A stretch of 64,000 bases of DNA, from positions 29,022,437 to 29,086,436 of the forward strand of contig NC_092672.1 in NCBI RefSeq assembly GCF_964355755.1, in the 5' to 3' direction. This DNA comes from Antedon mediterranea (lineage: Eukaryota; Animalia; Echinodermata). Below, piece after piece: positions 37,101 through 51,636 of the stretch (its first letter is position 1; each line of letters starts with the position of its first letter). The notes under the pieces are model-generated. The model was not told where the DNA came from, did not search any database, and was given only the letters and a program-made list of their open reading frames with translations. Both the position numbers and the translations under genes were made by a program.

Positions 37101-40100
37101 CCCTCAGTGTTGATATCATTCAGCGCAATCCAGTAAAGATACTTCCCAGGTAACATTTGAGTTACTTTTCGTCTTAGAAGTTCGTTCTCTGTTGCTGATG
37201 ATATCACGGGAAGAGCGCCCCCAACACGGTGACATATTCTCTGCGCTTCGAACATTGATACTTCTTCATCAAAGAATTTATAACAACTTCTTCTCCAACA
37301 ATCTGAAATGAAAAATTGAAGTCATCATTTTTATCAAAATCAAAAAGATGAAAAATATAAAACAGATTTGAAAGACTGGAAAGCAAATTGTTTTATTCGA
37401 TATTAAAAAAGATAATTCTCATTAGGCCTATATTATTATTCTCAACAATAAACAGAAAGGGGATCCAGTCAAATCCACAAATTACAAACATCTTCGTTTT
37501 CTAAACTTGGCTTTCTTTTAATCAAACTCGCCCATTTTGCAAACTCGCCCTATAAAACATTTTTTTTTGGCAAAGACAAAAGTTGTGGTGAAGAAACAAG
37601 TCAATGCAATGATGAGAGGTCTTTTGTAAGTATAGTTTTGAGTTAGGAAAAAGTGAAATTAAGAACCAATCGAATATATTTGTTGAACTCTTTAACTGAA
37701 CTTCTAGACAACGAAGAGTATAAACAAAATAACTCACTTGCATTGTCTGTTTCTTCATGTTTAGGTATGGAATAATAGTTTAAATGAAATCCAGTTTCCG
37801 TGGTTGACATATCTGTGTACATACGAACCCATGCTTTGTTTGATGAAGTTACGATCACGGGAGGAAGATCAAATCCACAAAAACTGAAAAAATGTAAATA
37901 GATGCTGAAATAATTCAAGTTATCTTTGCGGGTTGACGTTTTGTTGGTATTTTTTTTTCTCTTCCAAACGTCTTAAGGCTAGGCAGAAATCAAGACCTTA
38001 CCAAGTGCGCTATGGCAATATTGTAATCCATCCGATTCTTGGGTACTGTATCTAGATTTCTCCATATCATATCAACTATTTGGTAATACAACTTCACTGT
38101 ATTTATGCCGTCTATGCATTAGGCCTACGTCATTCTATTAATTTTTCAGGCATAACGGATTGTAACTAGGGCCATCACGTTATAAAACAAAGTGTATTTA
38201 TTCGTTAACTTAAATTCAAATCTTACCAAATTAAATATGCATTGATCTTTTAACTGTTGTATTGTTTTGAAAGAACTTTTATTTATTGTTGATTGCAAGA
38301 TTAAGAAATCTCTGATTATTACCTATTATGTGTGAGTGGCGAAATTCAAACGTACCTTTCGCCACCATTGTACAGGTCATCCTTCCTGATCAGCACGCTA
38401 TCAGCCTTACACTCAGGAGCTGGCTCGACGTTGAATGACGTAAAGTTTAATACGATTTTATAATCTGGTTTTACCTAAAATATGAAATAGATACTTTCTG
38501 AAAGATTGGTTCAATGTTTAAATGACGAAAACATTACGATTGTTAAGATGAGTCAACATTTTTTTTGGTAAGGGATTACATTAGTAAACAAAGCAATGAA
38601 AAGGTGACATATTCCCAACATATGTAACATATTTTGTAGACACACTGTTTCTGTTGGTCAGACTGGTTCCATGTCAGATGATTTTTGATTTGATATAAAG
38701 ACAATCATTTGCTTACCTTTATGTACCACATACAATAAACTTTATTGTCATAGTGCAAAGGAAAGTTTGGAGATGATATACTTCCAATGTCATCAGTCAG
38801 TGCAAAACGGCATTTATCTACGAAGACAATTCAATAGAGGACCTTTAACAAGATCACAGAGGTACTTTTGCGTAAGAGATTAGATTTTGGGCGGTGTTTG
38901 GTGACAGCAAGGGATGCTGAGATCCAAAGATTAAAGGCGCGCTTTATCTGTGGCTGCGACAGTTCCACGCACATGGTGAGAGGTACATAAGTAAGAAGCT
39001 TTCGATTTGAAACGACCGATGATCTAGATGTGTCGTGTATCATCTGGAACTAGAAACTACAACAACTTTCTCGAGGGATAGAGTGAAGAAGCGCCGTTTA
39101 AACGTCCCCTAATTCGCACAATGCGCACCATGACCTAATCTTTTGCTATAGGTTGTCGGTCGTCGAAGGCTCATTGATAACGATGGTTTAGCCAACATTG
39201 TAGGCCTAAAATGTTTTAAAATAAAATTACCTTCTACAGTGGTGTTCCTCTTGTGACAGTACTTTCCCATATATTTTTCAGGACAGATACATTTACACTT
39301 ATGTCCTTGATATCCCCCATTTATACACTTCAATTTCCTACTACATTTTGCTGTAATATAAATGTAATCAAAGTAAAATGGAAGTAAATAAATCTGGTAA
39401 ATAATGGAGATTTCAGTAAGTACAGTTTTCTCACAACTAAGGTTTTTTATTCTTTTAAAGAAACAAAGTAATATCAAATTAAACATAAATATTCATTTTT
39501 ATTACAATTGTTGTTTAAAATTGTGTGTAGTTAAAATATATATAACCAATAGTTCTCTAATCGTACAGTAACTGGAGGGTGAACGAAACTAGAAATAATG
39601 TGAATATGAACTCCGACCCGTTATTAGCTTGGATTGACGAATCAAAGGATATATTGCACGGGCCATTTTTACTCAATACTGTGTTCGAATCTTATAGTTT
39701 TTACAAACAGTTTCCACTGAAATAATCTTAGCTCATTTAGGCTTCTTTGTTTAAACACGGTAAAAGTGAGTACACCTAAGCTAGCTCAATACGACTTACC
39801 ACTGCAGTTGTATGCCGTGTTTACAGACTTGGCGTCGTAGAACGTAATGTCCGACGACGGGCCTACATCGTACTGTTTGAGGGGGTCGACTGTGACAAAT
39901 TTACTTCCCAAAGGTCCATACTGTAAGAAAAGAGTATGTGTATGTCGTGTGAACAAGCATTATTATTGAACCACAAGAATGTGCAAAGAAGAGAGAGTCA
40001 AACAATGTGTCTCATTTTTTATATAAGATCAGAAAGCTCAGAATAAATGTGATGAGCTGAGTCGTACTGATGATTATAATTATTTGGTGTGTTCTTTGGA

Positions 40101-43100
40101 TTATGCTTAAATCAAGTGTTTATATTTTGGTTTAGACAACATTAGGAGGAAAGCCATAATAGTAGTAGACTAAATAATTGTCACATTGTCATATTATACT
40201 ATTTGTACAGCGTCTTTTTTTGTTCAAACTTGACTGTCTTTTCACTAACAGGTGCACAGTAATTTCATTTTGATAAATATTTGTTCGGAGACTATTTTTT
40301 TTATCGAAGGTAGTATGGTCATCCTAGGATGAAAACCTTTCGAATTTTGTTTTTTTTTTGTAGAAAGGATGTATATTTATCAGTTTATCAATGTTTAACT
40401 TTCGAAGTATAAACGGCTCTTAAAGCTTGGTTCCGACAATTACTTGCATTGGGCTTACGTCATTACGTACTACTAGTGGGAACCAAGCTTAAATGATTAT
40501 TACGTAATGTTTTCTTTTACCTTTCCGTAATGCATGACTGAACCCAGGTCATACTCGACGTTGATGGTTGCTGTCATCATTTTCTGGTAACGAGACGCTT
40601 CTTCCTGAGGTACGTTCTGCCACAGCATCGTGATGTGTTCGTCCCTGTCGGGCCTGTTGTGTTCATGGTATACACCGATGGAGTGGCCTAGCTCGTGAAT
40701 AACGCCAAACAACTATATCAGATATAAAATAGTAAAGTAGCTCCGTTTCACGTCACGTCTTCAGTTCCGTGAAACGGAACAAGTGTAACGGTATAGCTAT
40801 AACATATTTATTTTTCCCTGAATGTCTACGCACAAAAGACATCCTACGAATATCCACATTTATTCTTTGAGATTCGAACCAGATCATGCTAACTATGGGG
40901 CGCATAACGACACGTGACAGGATATGTATACGTACGTGTCCTCTATCTTTGCGTCGCGTATTCAGCATCTTTACAAAACGATTGTATAGAATAATTTTGT
41001 ATTTTTGTTTACTCATTTTCCTTATTTGGAAATTATATGAAAGAAGCTGCAACACTTTGCGTAGAATTGAAATTGAAAAAACATTTCAACAATCACGCTT
41101 TTTGGATCGTGTTGGTATTCTTCCAATTAGGCTTAATATAATAAACTGTCAAAATGTTAAGCCGAGCTTAAGCTAAGTGACATGCGTCACATACATGTCA
41201 AAAAATAATTTATTTAATTTGACCTATGGTAAACCACCTGTTATGAATTTCATCAATAACACATTGTATTGAGTTTTTTTTATAATTCGATTCATTCCTG
41301 TCAAACATTTTACAGATGATAGTTGAAGTTAATTGGGCCAAAATATTTTAATTTAAAATATTTAGGCTAACCAAATTTACGACACAAAAACGACTTTATC
41401 GAAGGCTAAAATAGAGACCATCAATTAAACTTTGCAATATGGAACGTCAATTGATAAATATGTAATAAACGTTTAATGCTATGGAACGCCATTGCTAAAA
41501 TATGGTTTAAACTTGTAATGCTATGGAACGTCATTTGATAAATATTATATAAGCTCTGGAAGATTATTTGAAAATACCACAACATTAATGGTTTACATGT
41601 TTCACGTAATTGAAGGTCTACTGATAAACGGGATAGGAATCGAAACTACGACCTACAGATCACCGAGAGTATATATTTATAATGGTAACTTACAGTATTA
41701 CAGGCGTTGATAAATTGCTTTATACTATATCTTCCAACAACAGATCGACACCTAAATATAGATTAAAACAACATAATTGAATAAATAGTACCTGTAACAC
41801 AATTACCATTATTATTACCGATCTCTGAATAGGGCGAATGCTTTTATGAGTTGAAATACTGACTGTTTTATTCTACAAGGCGAAGCTGCGTGGAACTCAC
41901 AAGCCCCTACAACAAATAGACATTTATCATTACTTGTAATAATTTTCACTGCGATCATTGACTGCATATTATTATCAAAATAAATCTAATAATCGCAATT
42001 TTGCATTCATACTAAAGTTGATTGACTCTTTTTAAGAAAATTAAAATTTGTAAAAATCAATCATTGACATAGTTTGTACGTTTTTTATCTACTTTCCTTT
42101 CAATTATAGAACAAGTCTGTATGTCAGGTGTTTGCTCCTGTCCTTGACTTGTCTCACATTGAAGACGCGTTGTAGGACCATACTGACCCGATTTCAATAA
42201 TATTATGACATGGCATGAATATTAGTTATTGAATATCATAGAAAAAAAATCCTTAGTTTTGTATCGAAGAAATATCTTCATATAGAATTAGCTTAGTAAT
42301 TTTGTTTTTCTCTACCGGGAATAGAAATGGATTGGAAATGTAGGGCAAAACAATCTCAATTAAAATGAAGATATTATTTCTTTTTATCTTTTTAATTTTG
42401 CTTATTTAGTTAAAGTGGTTGGTATCTTCATATTCTCTATCTGTTAATATATGTTTTATTTTATTTCAATACCACCAATCAATATAACCATTGAATATAA
42501 CCTTTACCGTGCAACATACTGAACGAGATTAAAGTGTTTACCTGCCTTCTTTAGCATTAAATATAACAATTGAATTGAACATATACCGTGTAATAGAACT
42601 AATATTGAACGGGATGAAAGTGTTTACCTGCCTTCTTTAGCATTAAATATAACAATTGAATTGAACATTTACCGTGTAATAGAATTGAACGGGGTGAAAG
42701 TGTTTACCTGCCTTCTTTAGCATTAAATATAACAATTGAATTGAACATTTACCATGTAATAGAACTAATATTGAACGGGATGAAAGTGTTTCCCTGCCTT
42801 CTTTAGCATTAAATATAACAAGTGAATTGGAAATTGACCGTGCAATAGAACTAATATTGAACGGGATGAAAGTGTTTCCATGCCATCTTTAGCATTAAAT
42901 ATAACAATTGAATTGAACATTTACCGTGCAATAGAATTAATATTAAATGGGATGGAAGTTTTTACCTGCCTTCTTTGAAGAAGTTAATTCTGTCATCGTG
43001 AGGTAATGTTTTTACTGTTTTTGAGTTCCATGGTACGAATCGTATACACGTACGCTCCTCCCACCTGCGCATTCCTTTCCGTAAAATTTCTTTATCAACA

Positions 43101-46100
43101 ACTAAAAATGAAATAAACGAAGGTAAGTGATATTGAATGAATGGGACATAAATTGTATTTCATGCTTACGCCCATGCAGGTTAGGTTTTTTTGTCGGTGT
43201 GGCGTGGAGAAAATGACCATGGGATTACCCACATGGATTGTGCTTCTCCCTTTTATTGCTGGGGTCTGCCCAGGGTCATATGAGGATATAAATTCGCACC
43301 AGAGAATCTAGTCTGGGTTCCAGACGGAGTTTTGTCTTAATATTAGTTAAAAGATAAATATTTTGGCACATATGGCGTTTCATACGTATACTACTTGATT
43401 TTGGATACTCCGTCTGGGGAAACACGCACAAGTCACGTGGTTTGACACCAAGAATTCTTGGTGCATACGATTATCCGGTTGACTAGTTTCAGCTGCATGC
43501 GATTGGCTACTCTCTCGTACACCGTTTAAATATTCATATTTCAGAATTTCAAAGACTCAACAACTAAGATTATGCGCATGCGCTATGTTACGTTTAGACA
43601 ATGTGTACTTGGGTACATTTATGAAAGTTCTGAAGGCTAGAAATTATTTTATATGCCTAGTAGTCTGGTAAACATTTGATGGGATCTTTGAAACATGAAA
43701 ACTCGTCTTGATATTATGATAGGCTAGCTTCTCCGCAAATCAAACATTGAATGGATCATTTATTACGCGGAGATAATTTTGATTTAATTCCCACCCAGAC
43801 CCTGTCCTGTTCTGTGTGGGGGTGTAGCCCTGTTGTGTGCCGGTGGTATGTAGGCCTACTTCATTGGCGTTTTATTTGGCAGGTCATACGTGCGAGTTGA
43901 GTAGGACCTACGAAAGAGGCCTAGGCCAAGGACTAAACAATTAATAAACAAAACAACTTGGCATTACTATTTTATATTTCAACAGTCTCGATCGTACATT
44001 AAGCACTGGTAGGCCTACGTACTCGATCTCTTTCATTTTGAAACAAAATGATCATTGGTTGATTCGAAATCCATATTTACATACCGCCCGCCCCATATAG
44101 CCAAATACGGTATGATAACCTACGTCATTCTTATCGTATGTTTGTGGTCTGCAAATCGATTTCTATACGTGTTTCACAAGTCTGTATTTTCAGACAAGAA
44201 TCACGGTCAAAATAAAAACAAATAAATAAAAAAAAAAGATAATACAGACTTGGAGCAAGTCTACAGAGAATCCCACTTGTTCCTGTTTTTGGCAAATTGC
44301 AAGCCAATTATTAACAACTGATGCTAACCAATTTGGCTACGATTTTCGTTCGTTTTTTTTTTATTGAAAGTTAACAACGTATAGTATTGGTCATGTATCC
44401 TACCGTGAAAAGGTCAAACTAAGGACAGATTTAAAACCTGTACACGTGTAAAACATTACCCCATTCTGACCTTAAAGCCTCCTGGACTTACAAAAGAAAT
44501 ATAAATTATAATCCGAGATAATGGTTACCATTTGTTGAAAGAACTGTAATTATTGTCTGCTATAGAAAATAGTTCAACGAAGAATTTCAAAAGTCACTCT
44601 GTAGGCCTACGTTGTCATTGGCTTAATTACAGAAGCGGGGTGTAGCGTGGGTACGCGCGTTACCCCCTCCATCCAGCTCCCCCTTTGACAGTACATTAAA
44701 ATAATATTGTAATCGTGCTGTTATAAATTTTAACCCGATCTACATTACTACTTTACAAACACTCTGAGTTAACCACTGTTTGAAGAAGTTCTTTAAAACT
44801 AGATGTTGCATTTTAAAATATTAAATTCAATATATCTGATAAGCTACAGTACAATAACATTATGTGCTTAATACCTTTGTTAAATAATAATATAATATAT
44901 GAGATAGGGGAGGTGTTTTGTGTTCATTCTCGTTATAAAACTGTGCGCGCTCGCAGTTACATGTGGATGATAGTACCAATTTTGCATTAGGAAGTTTCAA
45001 TGAAACTAGTTTTTAGTGCCGGGTGTTTTGTATAGAGACAAGTTTTAAAAAAAGGATCCCATTTTTAGTGAATATCTGGGATCCGATGAATTGATTAATA
45101 AGTTGACTCTTTATTATAATTTGTACAGTATAATATATTTTAGAATGATTTAAGTTTGCCAAATATCACACTTTTAAATCAATGATAATCATGTAAAGCC
45201 CTGTCTGCACTATCAAACTAGTTTGTGACAAAAAAGTGTGATGTGCCCAAATATGGTAGTGATATGCCCAAATATGGTAGTTATATGACATCATCATGTC
45301 CATATATGGATATCAAAGCGAAATATTTTGTTAGAAAGTGTGATAACGTTAGTTAGTCACAACAGAAGCCGCGGAAGTAATATAGGCCTACAGGAAAGCA
45401 ATAAAAAAGATTGTTAAGTTTATATGAAAACAATTCTAACAATTTAACTACAAGTATATCAACGTATAAAATGTGTACTGAGAGATTACACTTGAATTCG
45501 GAACTTTAGAATTGATTGATTTGTTTATTTCAATTGAAAGGTATAGTTAAATAAGATAATCAAGTTTAAATGTGTTTAGAATTGTTAGGGTTGTAGGGTT
45601 GGTATTAAATTGTGCGTATCGCGTTCTCGTACGTCAAGACTTAATACTATTTTCATTTCATTAATATACAGTAATTTGATATCATACATTAATTAATTTG
45701 TTTATTACTATAATTAAAAATAACAGTAATTTTATATATAACACATAAACTAATTTTTGTATTATTAATATTACTAATCGAGAAAACAATTTTTAATCAT
45801 GTTGTGCTCATTAATTAAATTTTTTTCCGAATTAAATAATTATGTAGGTCAAAGTAAATCCAGTTGAGAACAATTTATAAAATATCTTTATTATAAAGCT
45901 CGGTCTACATTATCAAACTAGTTTGACAACGAAATGTGATGTGCCCAAATATGGTATTGATAGTACGTCATCGTGTCTACATTTTTTGTCACAAATTTGA
46001 TAGTGTAGACAGAGCTTAAGTTTGATTGATCGGTTAACGAAGACTTTGAGAAATATCCAACATGTTAACTCGTCTATTAGAAGATTGCTACTCATTTGAG

Positions 46101-47769
46101 GCCGAGGTACCCTTCACACCAAAACACCGCAGTTCGCCCTCCGGAAACGTTCAGCTGTTTAACCCCGGTGTTTTGAACTCTGCATTTGTTGATTGTTGAT
46201 TTTACCTTTCACACCAAAACACCGGGGCGTCAATTCTACGGAGTGTTGCTTTTGGTGTGAAAGGGGTAGAAGAGACTGAGTTTAGTAGGAAACAGTCGGG
46301 ACCGACCAATCAGGATTGAACCCGGGGTTGTAAGGCAACAAGCACGTTAACCAGCTACACATCCACTACTTAGCAAATACATCCTAGTGAATGTGTTAAT
46401 AGAATGTGTGATTTTTTTTAAGTACAGAATTAGATTATTGTGTACATACAAGACATTTGTTGAAAATAATTATTAGTGTCATTGTTAACTTTCGTTTCTA
46501 AATTTAAATACAGTAAACACTTTTTTATGTAATCTCAACATCCCATGCCATAATACACTTTTATAAATTGTTTACCCGCCATAATTTAAAATACTGTAGT
46601 TATAGTCTGTTGTTTTCTAGGAAATGTGTTATTAAATACCGTAGGTAGTAGGAGATTTGACTCGCAGTCTGGTCGAGTAAGACCTGTGCCCACGCGTGGG
46701 AGTCCCGATAGGGCATTTGTCTGATGTCATTGACTTCTTTCAGGTGGCTTCATAACAACTTATATACACTTATTACTATTAATATTGCCATGATATGATG
46801 TTCCTATTGGTTATCTTATATATTTTATACATTATAGAAGATAAACTAAAATATTAATTTAAAGAGGAGTTTTAAAAGGTCAGGGTAAGTTCTATCAACA
46901 TTATCATGGATTTTGCCCTAGCCGCGAACCTGATGTTATTGGTGACGTGTTGAGGGGAACGTTCATTGAGCAATCACTGAGGCTTGTACACCTTTCAAAG
47001 TGCCCCCTAGCCCCTAAAGTTCTCCTACTTCCATCACCACTTACGTGCTTCTTCTTCTATTTTGAACGGTATAATTGCACCTGGCCAAAGTCTGTTTATG
47101 TTTGACACCATGGATCGTTTACTGCGGGATGTCCCATGACTACGCTCTATACGAATGTCGGTAAGAAATTCTGTGGAATCCTGAAAGAAAATAATAGCCA
47201 TACAAGTCACAAGTAGAATGTTGCCGGCCGAGTTCATCAGTGACATCATCAAGAGACACAGTAACGCGCGCGTTTTACATTCTGGAATAATATCAAAGTT
47301 TGTACGCGCGCGTAAACTGTGCGTCTCTCTTAAACCGGTTTCCATTATTTGCAAATCAAACATTCCTGAACTCTGATTGGTTGGGCATCATGGCAAAAAG
47401 TAGATGGAAACATGAAGACGCATGCGCATTAACTTTTCACGGTAAAATAATAGCGCTATTTGCCAACTTCAATTATGAGAATTAAATAATGTAGGCCTAC
47501 CACCGCTAGAATTGAACCTGTGGCATTATAATTTGAAGGCAATTTGCTTATCACCGAACAACCATCCAACTAAGAATATTAATAGTTGTATTACTTTACA
47601 AACGTATAGTGAAGAAAAAGAAGAAATGAAACAGTACCAAAAAAAAAGTATGGCGCGCCACTTGGGCATATTTATGTTCACTTACTTCTTCAAAGTAATC
47701 AACTGACGGTTCTCCATTACTTATTAATATGAATATATAATACACAAGAAATATTGAACAGCCTAGCAT
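31155..47769 (-). CDS. Mosaic astacin (M12A) metalloprotease A: signal peptide-pro-astacin-EGF-CUB-CTLD-TSP1-F-lectin-like-HYR-CTLD-HYR-CTLD
   Basis: 21 phase-consistent exons: 47686-47769 (signal peptide), 47045-47180 (FLTDI, furin site RSKR), 42966-43101, 41694-41751, 40521-40712 (HELGHSIGVYHE, Met-turn SVMHY), 39800-39920, 39231-39350 (EGF), 38717-38817, 38356-38474, 37738-37883 (CUB), 37054-37302, ~36194-36337 (CTLD), 35564-35833 (WSEWSDCPVSCGG TSP1), ~35174-35260, 34271-34474 (PWWKVDL..LCVTEVEV), 33671-33898 (HYR), 33214-33465, 32620-32739, 32046-32294 (HYR), 31557-31781, 31155-31309. Confidence 0.9.
32494..32572. repeat. Imperfect (CAT)n microsatellite, intronic
   Basis: Directly visible. 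Confidence 0.85.
42503..42976. repeat. 86-bp tandem repeat (~5.5 copies) that includes the 3' end and donor site of astacin A exon 3
   Basis: TTTACCTGCCTTCTTT or a close variant recurs at 42537, 42623, 42703, 42789, 42875 and 42961. The last copy is the real exon/intron junction. Confidence 0.9.
43309..44263. mobile_element. Non-autonomous DNA transposon, TAG...CTA termini, 9-bp TSD (Academ/AcademH-like), copy 2
   Basis: TSD CAGAGAATC at 43300-43308 and 44264-44272. Near-identical to 5980-6945 and in the same orientation. Confidence 0.85.
45896..46018. mobile_element. Palindromic MITE family (AAGCTCTGTCTACACTATCAAA...TTTGATAGTGTAGACAGAGCTT)
   Basis: Complete terminal inverted repeats here. 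Partial copies lie at about 30167-30260, 45196-45320 and 58458-58558. Confidence 0.75.
46110..46268. mobile_element. Small foldback MITE
   Basis: ACCCTTCACACCAAAA...TTTTGGTGTGAAAGGGGT inverted ends, with an internal repeat of TTCACACCAAAACACC. Confidence 0.65.
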
Positions 47770-50700
47770 TGCACTGTGTGAGTTATTATATTATCCCCAA
47801 GCTGAAATAAAAAAAAAAATGACATACTTAAAAGGGCATGATTCAACAGTTTATCACGTTTTCCACATTATTCTGTTGAGAAAACTTTAGACGTGACTTC
47901 ATAAAAGTAACTCTAATATCTGGGAATTCTAAATACACACACATGAGTAGAAAAAAGTTCTTATAAGTGTGTGTGTGCTTTAACGGATTTATTTTAGTAA
48001 GTCATAGCTCAATTTTAAATGCTGTCTGGAGAAACACTCCAGTCATTGTTCAATAGCTTGCATTGTTTGTAATTCGGTATAATGAATGTTAAATTACATT
48101 AATAGGTATAAATAGAGAAAGCCATGCAGCTGTCATGTACTTGATGCACCTTAAGCCATTGAATTTTAGAAAGAATAATTGTCAACTTTCCACAGCGAAG
48201 GACTCAACAAAAATTTAAGAATGTACTCTATTTTCAACCTTTGGTTTATAATATCATATTAAATACAAATTGAACATATTATTTGCTCGGTTATAAAAAA
48301 AATGGACTTCTTTATGAGTCTCAATAACTAATACTTTAAAAGAAAAGTCTGTGCCGGCAATTTTAGTTTAATTCCCGCGTGTATTTTTATATACTCGTCA
48401 CAATTGTTTTACTATACAATGACGAATGTATAGTGCGTCACAGAAATGATGACTCGCGTATAGTTTGTTTGAGTCTAGTTTCTTGTCTGAGATAGTCATT
48501 TAAGGTCGTTAAAATATATTTATTAAAATGGGGCTAAGGGCTCTGAATCAATTAATTTAAAATTGAATAAACCGGAAGATGATCAATTGGATAAAAACAA
48601 TTAATTTGAACGTCTGGACTGATCAATTTATATTGACTGGTCTATGGTTGTTTAGTTGCAATGCGGACCAATGTAGACGTTTCCAATAGACATACTGGGT
48701 TTAAACAATCTGAATCAAATCAATCAATCGTTCCATTTTTAAAGTACCATTTTTAACGTCTATTTCTCATAGCGCTGTCAGAATTATAAAATGAGTTTTT
48801 AGAATTTACTTAAAACTTTCCAAATTGTTGTGTTTTTAATATGTAAAGGTAGAATGTTCCAGAGCCTAGGCCCAACAGTCCTTTTTTTTATTTTAACGCT
48901 TTCCCGCCGCGCCGAATAGTCTTCTGAATTTTCCACCAACAGTACTGACAGTACTAAAAGTACATTATTCCATTATTTTCCCTTTTTTTAAACCGTAATT
49001 TAATGCAATTTCTGTGGTATATCACTCTAAAAAAATACACTTAAAAGTATCATTCAAATGCACCACTGTATGTCTCTACGGTTACCTGAAAACATTTATT
49101 TTTATTTTTCGTTAATAGAAAAGACGAAAAGGAATGGACCCATGCGTACCATGTTATCAGCATTTGAACAGTGAAATGTACACTTTGTGTACCGTTTATC
49201 TTCCAAGATTTATAGAAAGCAATCAACTGAAGTGAACCTTACAAAAGTGTACAGTATAAGGAAATGAGAGCAGATTTCAACCACACGGTTGAGTTGTTGG
49301 GCACCGTGTCATTCAACGATGTGGGTAGATATTTATTTGGAGGTTAAGAAATAAAAAATAAACAACATTTCCAAGCATACTTCACCATTTGTCATAATAT
49401 ATGTTAGGCCTAGTAAAGAAAGGCTGTACTTGCATGCTCAAATTATTTAGCTAGCAGCGGTAACAAAACTTACACAGAACAATGTCAAAGATGTTTTTAA
49501 AAAAAATTAAAACAATACAACAAAAAGGGAACTCGGCGGAGTTAACATAACGTCTAAAGTATAGATTAAGACAGTAACAGCAGAAGTTAATAGATTGCAC
49601 CAAGTAAAAAATGCCTTCTAAGGAAATGTTTGAATTGGCCTAAATAAAACATCTTTATTATTTTTAGAAATCGACAGCTATGTGCGCAAGTGTAAACAAA
49701 AAATGCATAAACCGGGCACGGTAACAATAGGAACAATTCCCGAAAAAAAAAATCAAAGGCTATTAAAAGTTAAACAGACGTTAGTAATGAAAAGAAAAAA
49801 GCGCGAATATTTACCAATTTGTATTAATACAATTAAATGACATAAAACAAATGTATAACTTTATACAGTCTTATAATAAGGGTACACCTCCAATAAACGC
49901 CACCTTACGGTGTACGTGAACAGCGGTTGCCTGTGGTGTTATAACTTATACTGCCCTTCGATTTTTTCACAAAAAATTGACCCCTGAATTGGAATGTCCC
50001 TTCAATTGAATAATGGTCACAAAAAAAGGGGTTCTTCTTTGTGTACTTACCTCACGAATGATGCACAATTATTCCTAAATATCCCAGTTTGAGTTACCTT
50101 ATGTTTTGACAAGCACAGAGGAGAGAATAAATTCCCAGTGTTGCTGATTCGATTCCAGTCACCTGATTGAGTTGAGAAAAAGGTAGGCCTACGCCGCTAA
50201 CTTCTGACTCACGCTCAATTTCACACAATCAAGTTGTCATATACGTCTCGAAACAAATACTAATGTGCGGGCAAGTCAGGGGTATTGTTTTCTATTCGAA
50301 GGCCACTTTCTATAATGTTTAAAATTGCCAGACGGTTTACAGGAAATACGAATAGCATGGGCTTCCTAGCAAATTAGAGAATGAACTAAATTGATAGATA
50401 TGAGCGGAAGCATATTTGAACTAATTGAGAAGTGTACGAATGAGTTCAATACTGAAAAAAAGAACATTATTAATAAATTAAAAATGTAGGATGTAACAAT
50501 GATATAACCTTGTAGCAGAATTTTTTTTTTATTATTTATTCAACTTTTCACTAAAATGTACATACAAAGAAATAGACATAATGCATATTTAGTGAATGAT
50601 GGGACCAACTCTAAAACGGTCTAATTGCGCAAGGAGTAATGACAAAATTTATATTAAATTATAATCAATGCTACACAGATTACGTTATAATCACAACGCA

Positions 50701-51176
50701 AATAAGTGTCGTCGCGATTCGTCAGTACTTGCGACGCGCTTAAGTTCGTGCGTTGCGTCTAATGCTCGGTTCTCACTAGAGACCCATTTGGAAACAAGCC
50801 TTTTGGGCTTAAAGAGTTATCCACTGCTTTCCATTTCTCAAGTTTAATGTTTATATTATTCTATGTATTTATTTTCATTCATATTTTATATTGTTTTTCT
50901 TTTTTGTAAATATTATTTATTACGTAAATATTACTTACTAGAGACAAACGAAAAGGCGTTCTCCATTTGACCAATCACAAGCGATGGATCATCTGAACTG
51001 TCGCTTGTGGTTGCTTGCGTTGCGTCTCTTGTGGGAACAAAGCTTTACGTCGTTTCAATGAGCGTCTAAATGGGAACAAACTTTAACATATTGTATATTG
51101 AGTCAAATTCAGAAAAGCTGGTTATCAATAAATGTAAATCAAAATGTTAATAGTTTGGCCTATAGGCTACATGGTT

Positions 51177-51636
51177 ACATTATTTTTAACTTTATTAAAA
51201 TACGCTTCGACGCGGCCTCCACCACAACCTCCTGTAAATTCGCAGTGACGCCTGGTTCCCACATGGACACAATGACGTAAGCGCAACGTAAGTTGGTTGA
51301 CTAATGCCTGGTTCCCACTAGAGACGAAAGGTAAGGACGCAAGCGTAACGACATTATTTTAACTTTATCAAAATACGCTTCGACGTGGCCTCCACCACAA
51401 CCTCCTGTAAATTCGCAGTGACGCCTGGTTCCCACATGGACACAATGACGTAAGCGCAACGTAAGTTGGTTGACTAATGCCTGGTTCCCACTAGAGACGA
51501 AAGGTAAGGACGCAAACGTAACGCAAGTGATCTGACCATCACATGCGATGGGTTATTCGATCTGTCGCTTTTCATTGGTCAATTCATGCGTTGCGTCTAT
51601 TTCCTTGCGTTGCGTCACTAGTGGGAACCAAGCTTA
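51177..51636. repeat. 174-bp direct duplication containing multiple left ends of the GGTTCCCAC MITE family
   Basis: 51177-51350 is repeated at 51351-51524. Four GCCTGGTTCCCAC left ends precede one CTAGTGGGAACCAAGC right end. Confidence 0.85.

Noticed and set aside
40753-41176. Overlapping 96-100 aa ORFs on both strands in an astacin A intron
   Set aside because: No recognisable motifs or splice support; likely chance ORFs in a repeat remnant.
47181-47363. Apparent signal peptide in ORF 47034-47363 (MMSLMNSAGNILLVTCMAIIFFQ)
   Set aside because: The hydrophobic stretch overlaps a polypyrimidine tract and AG acceptor. An upstream signal-peptide exon (47686-47769) matches the phase-0 structure of paralog B. 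An alternative start cannot be fully excluded.
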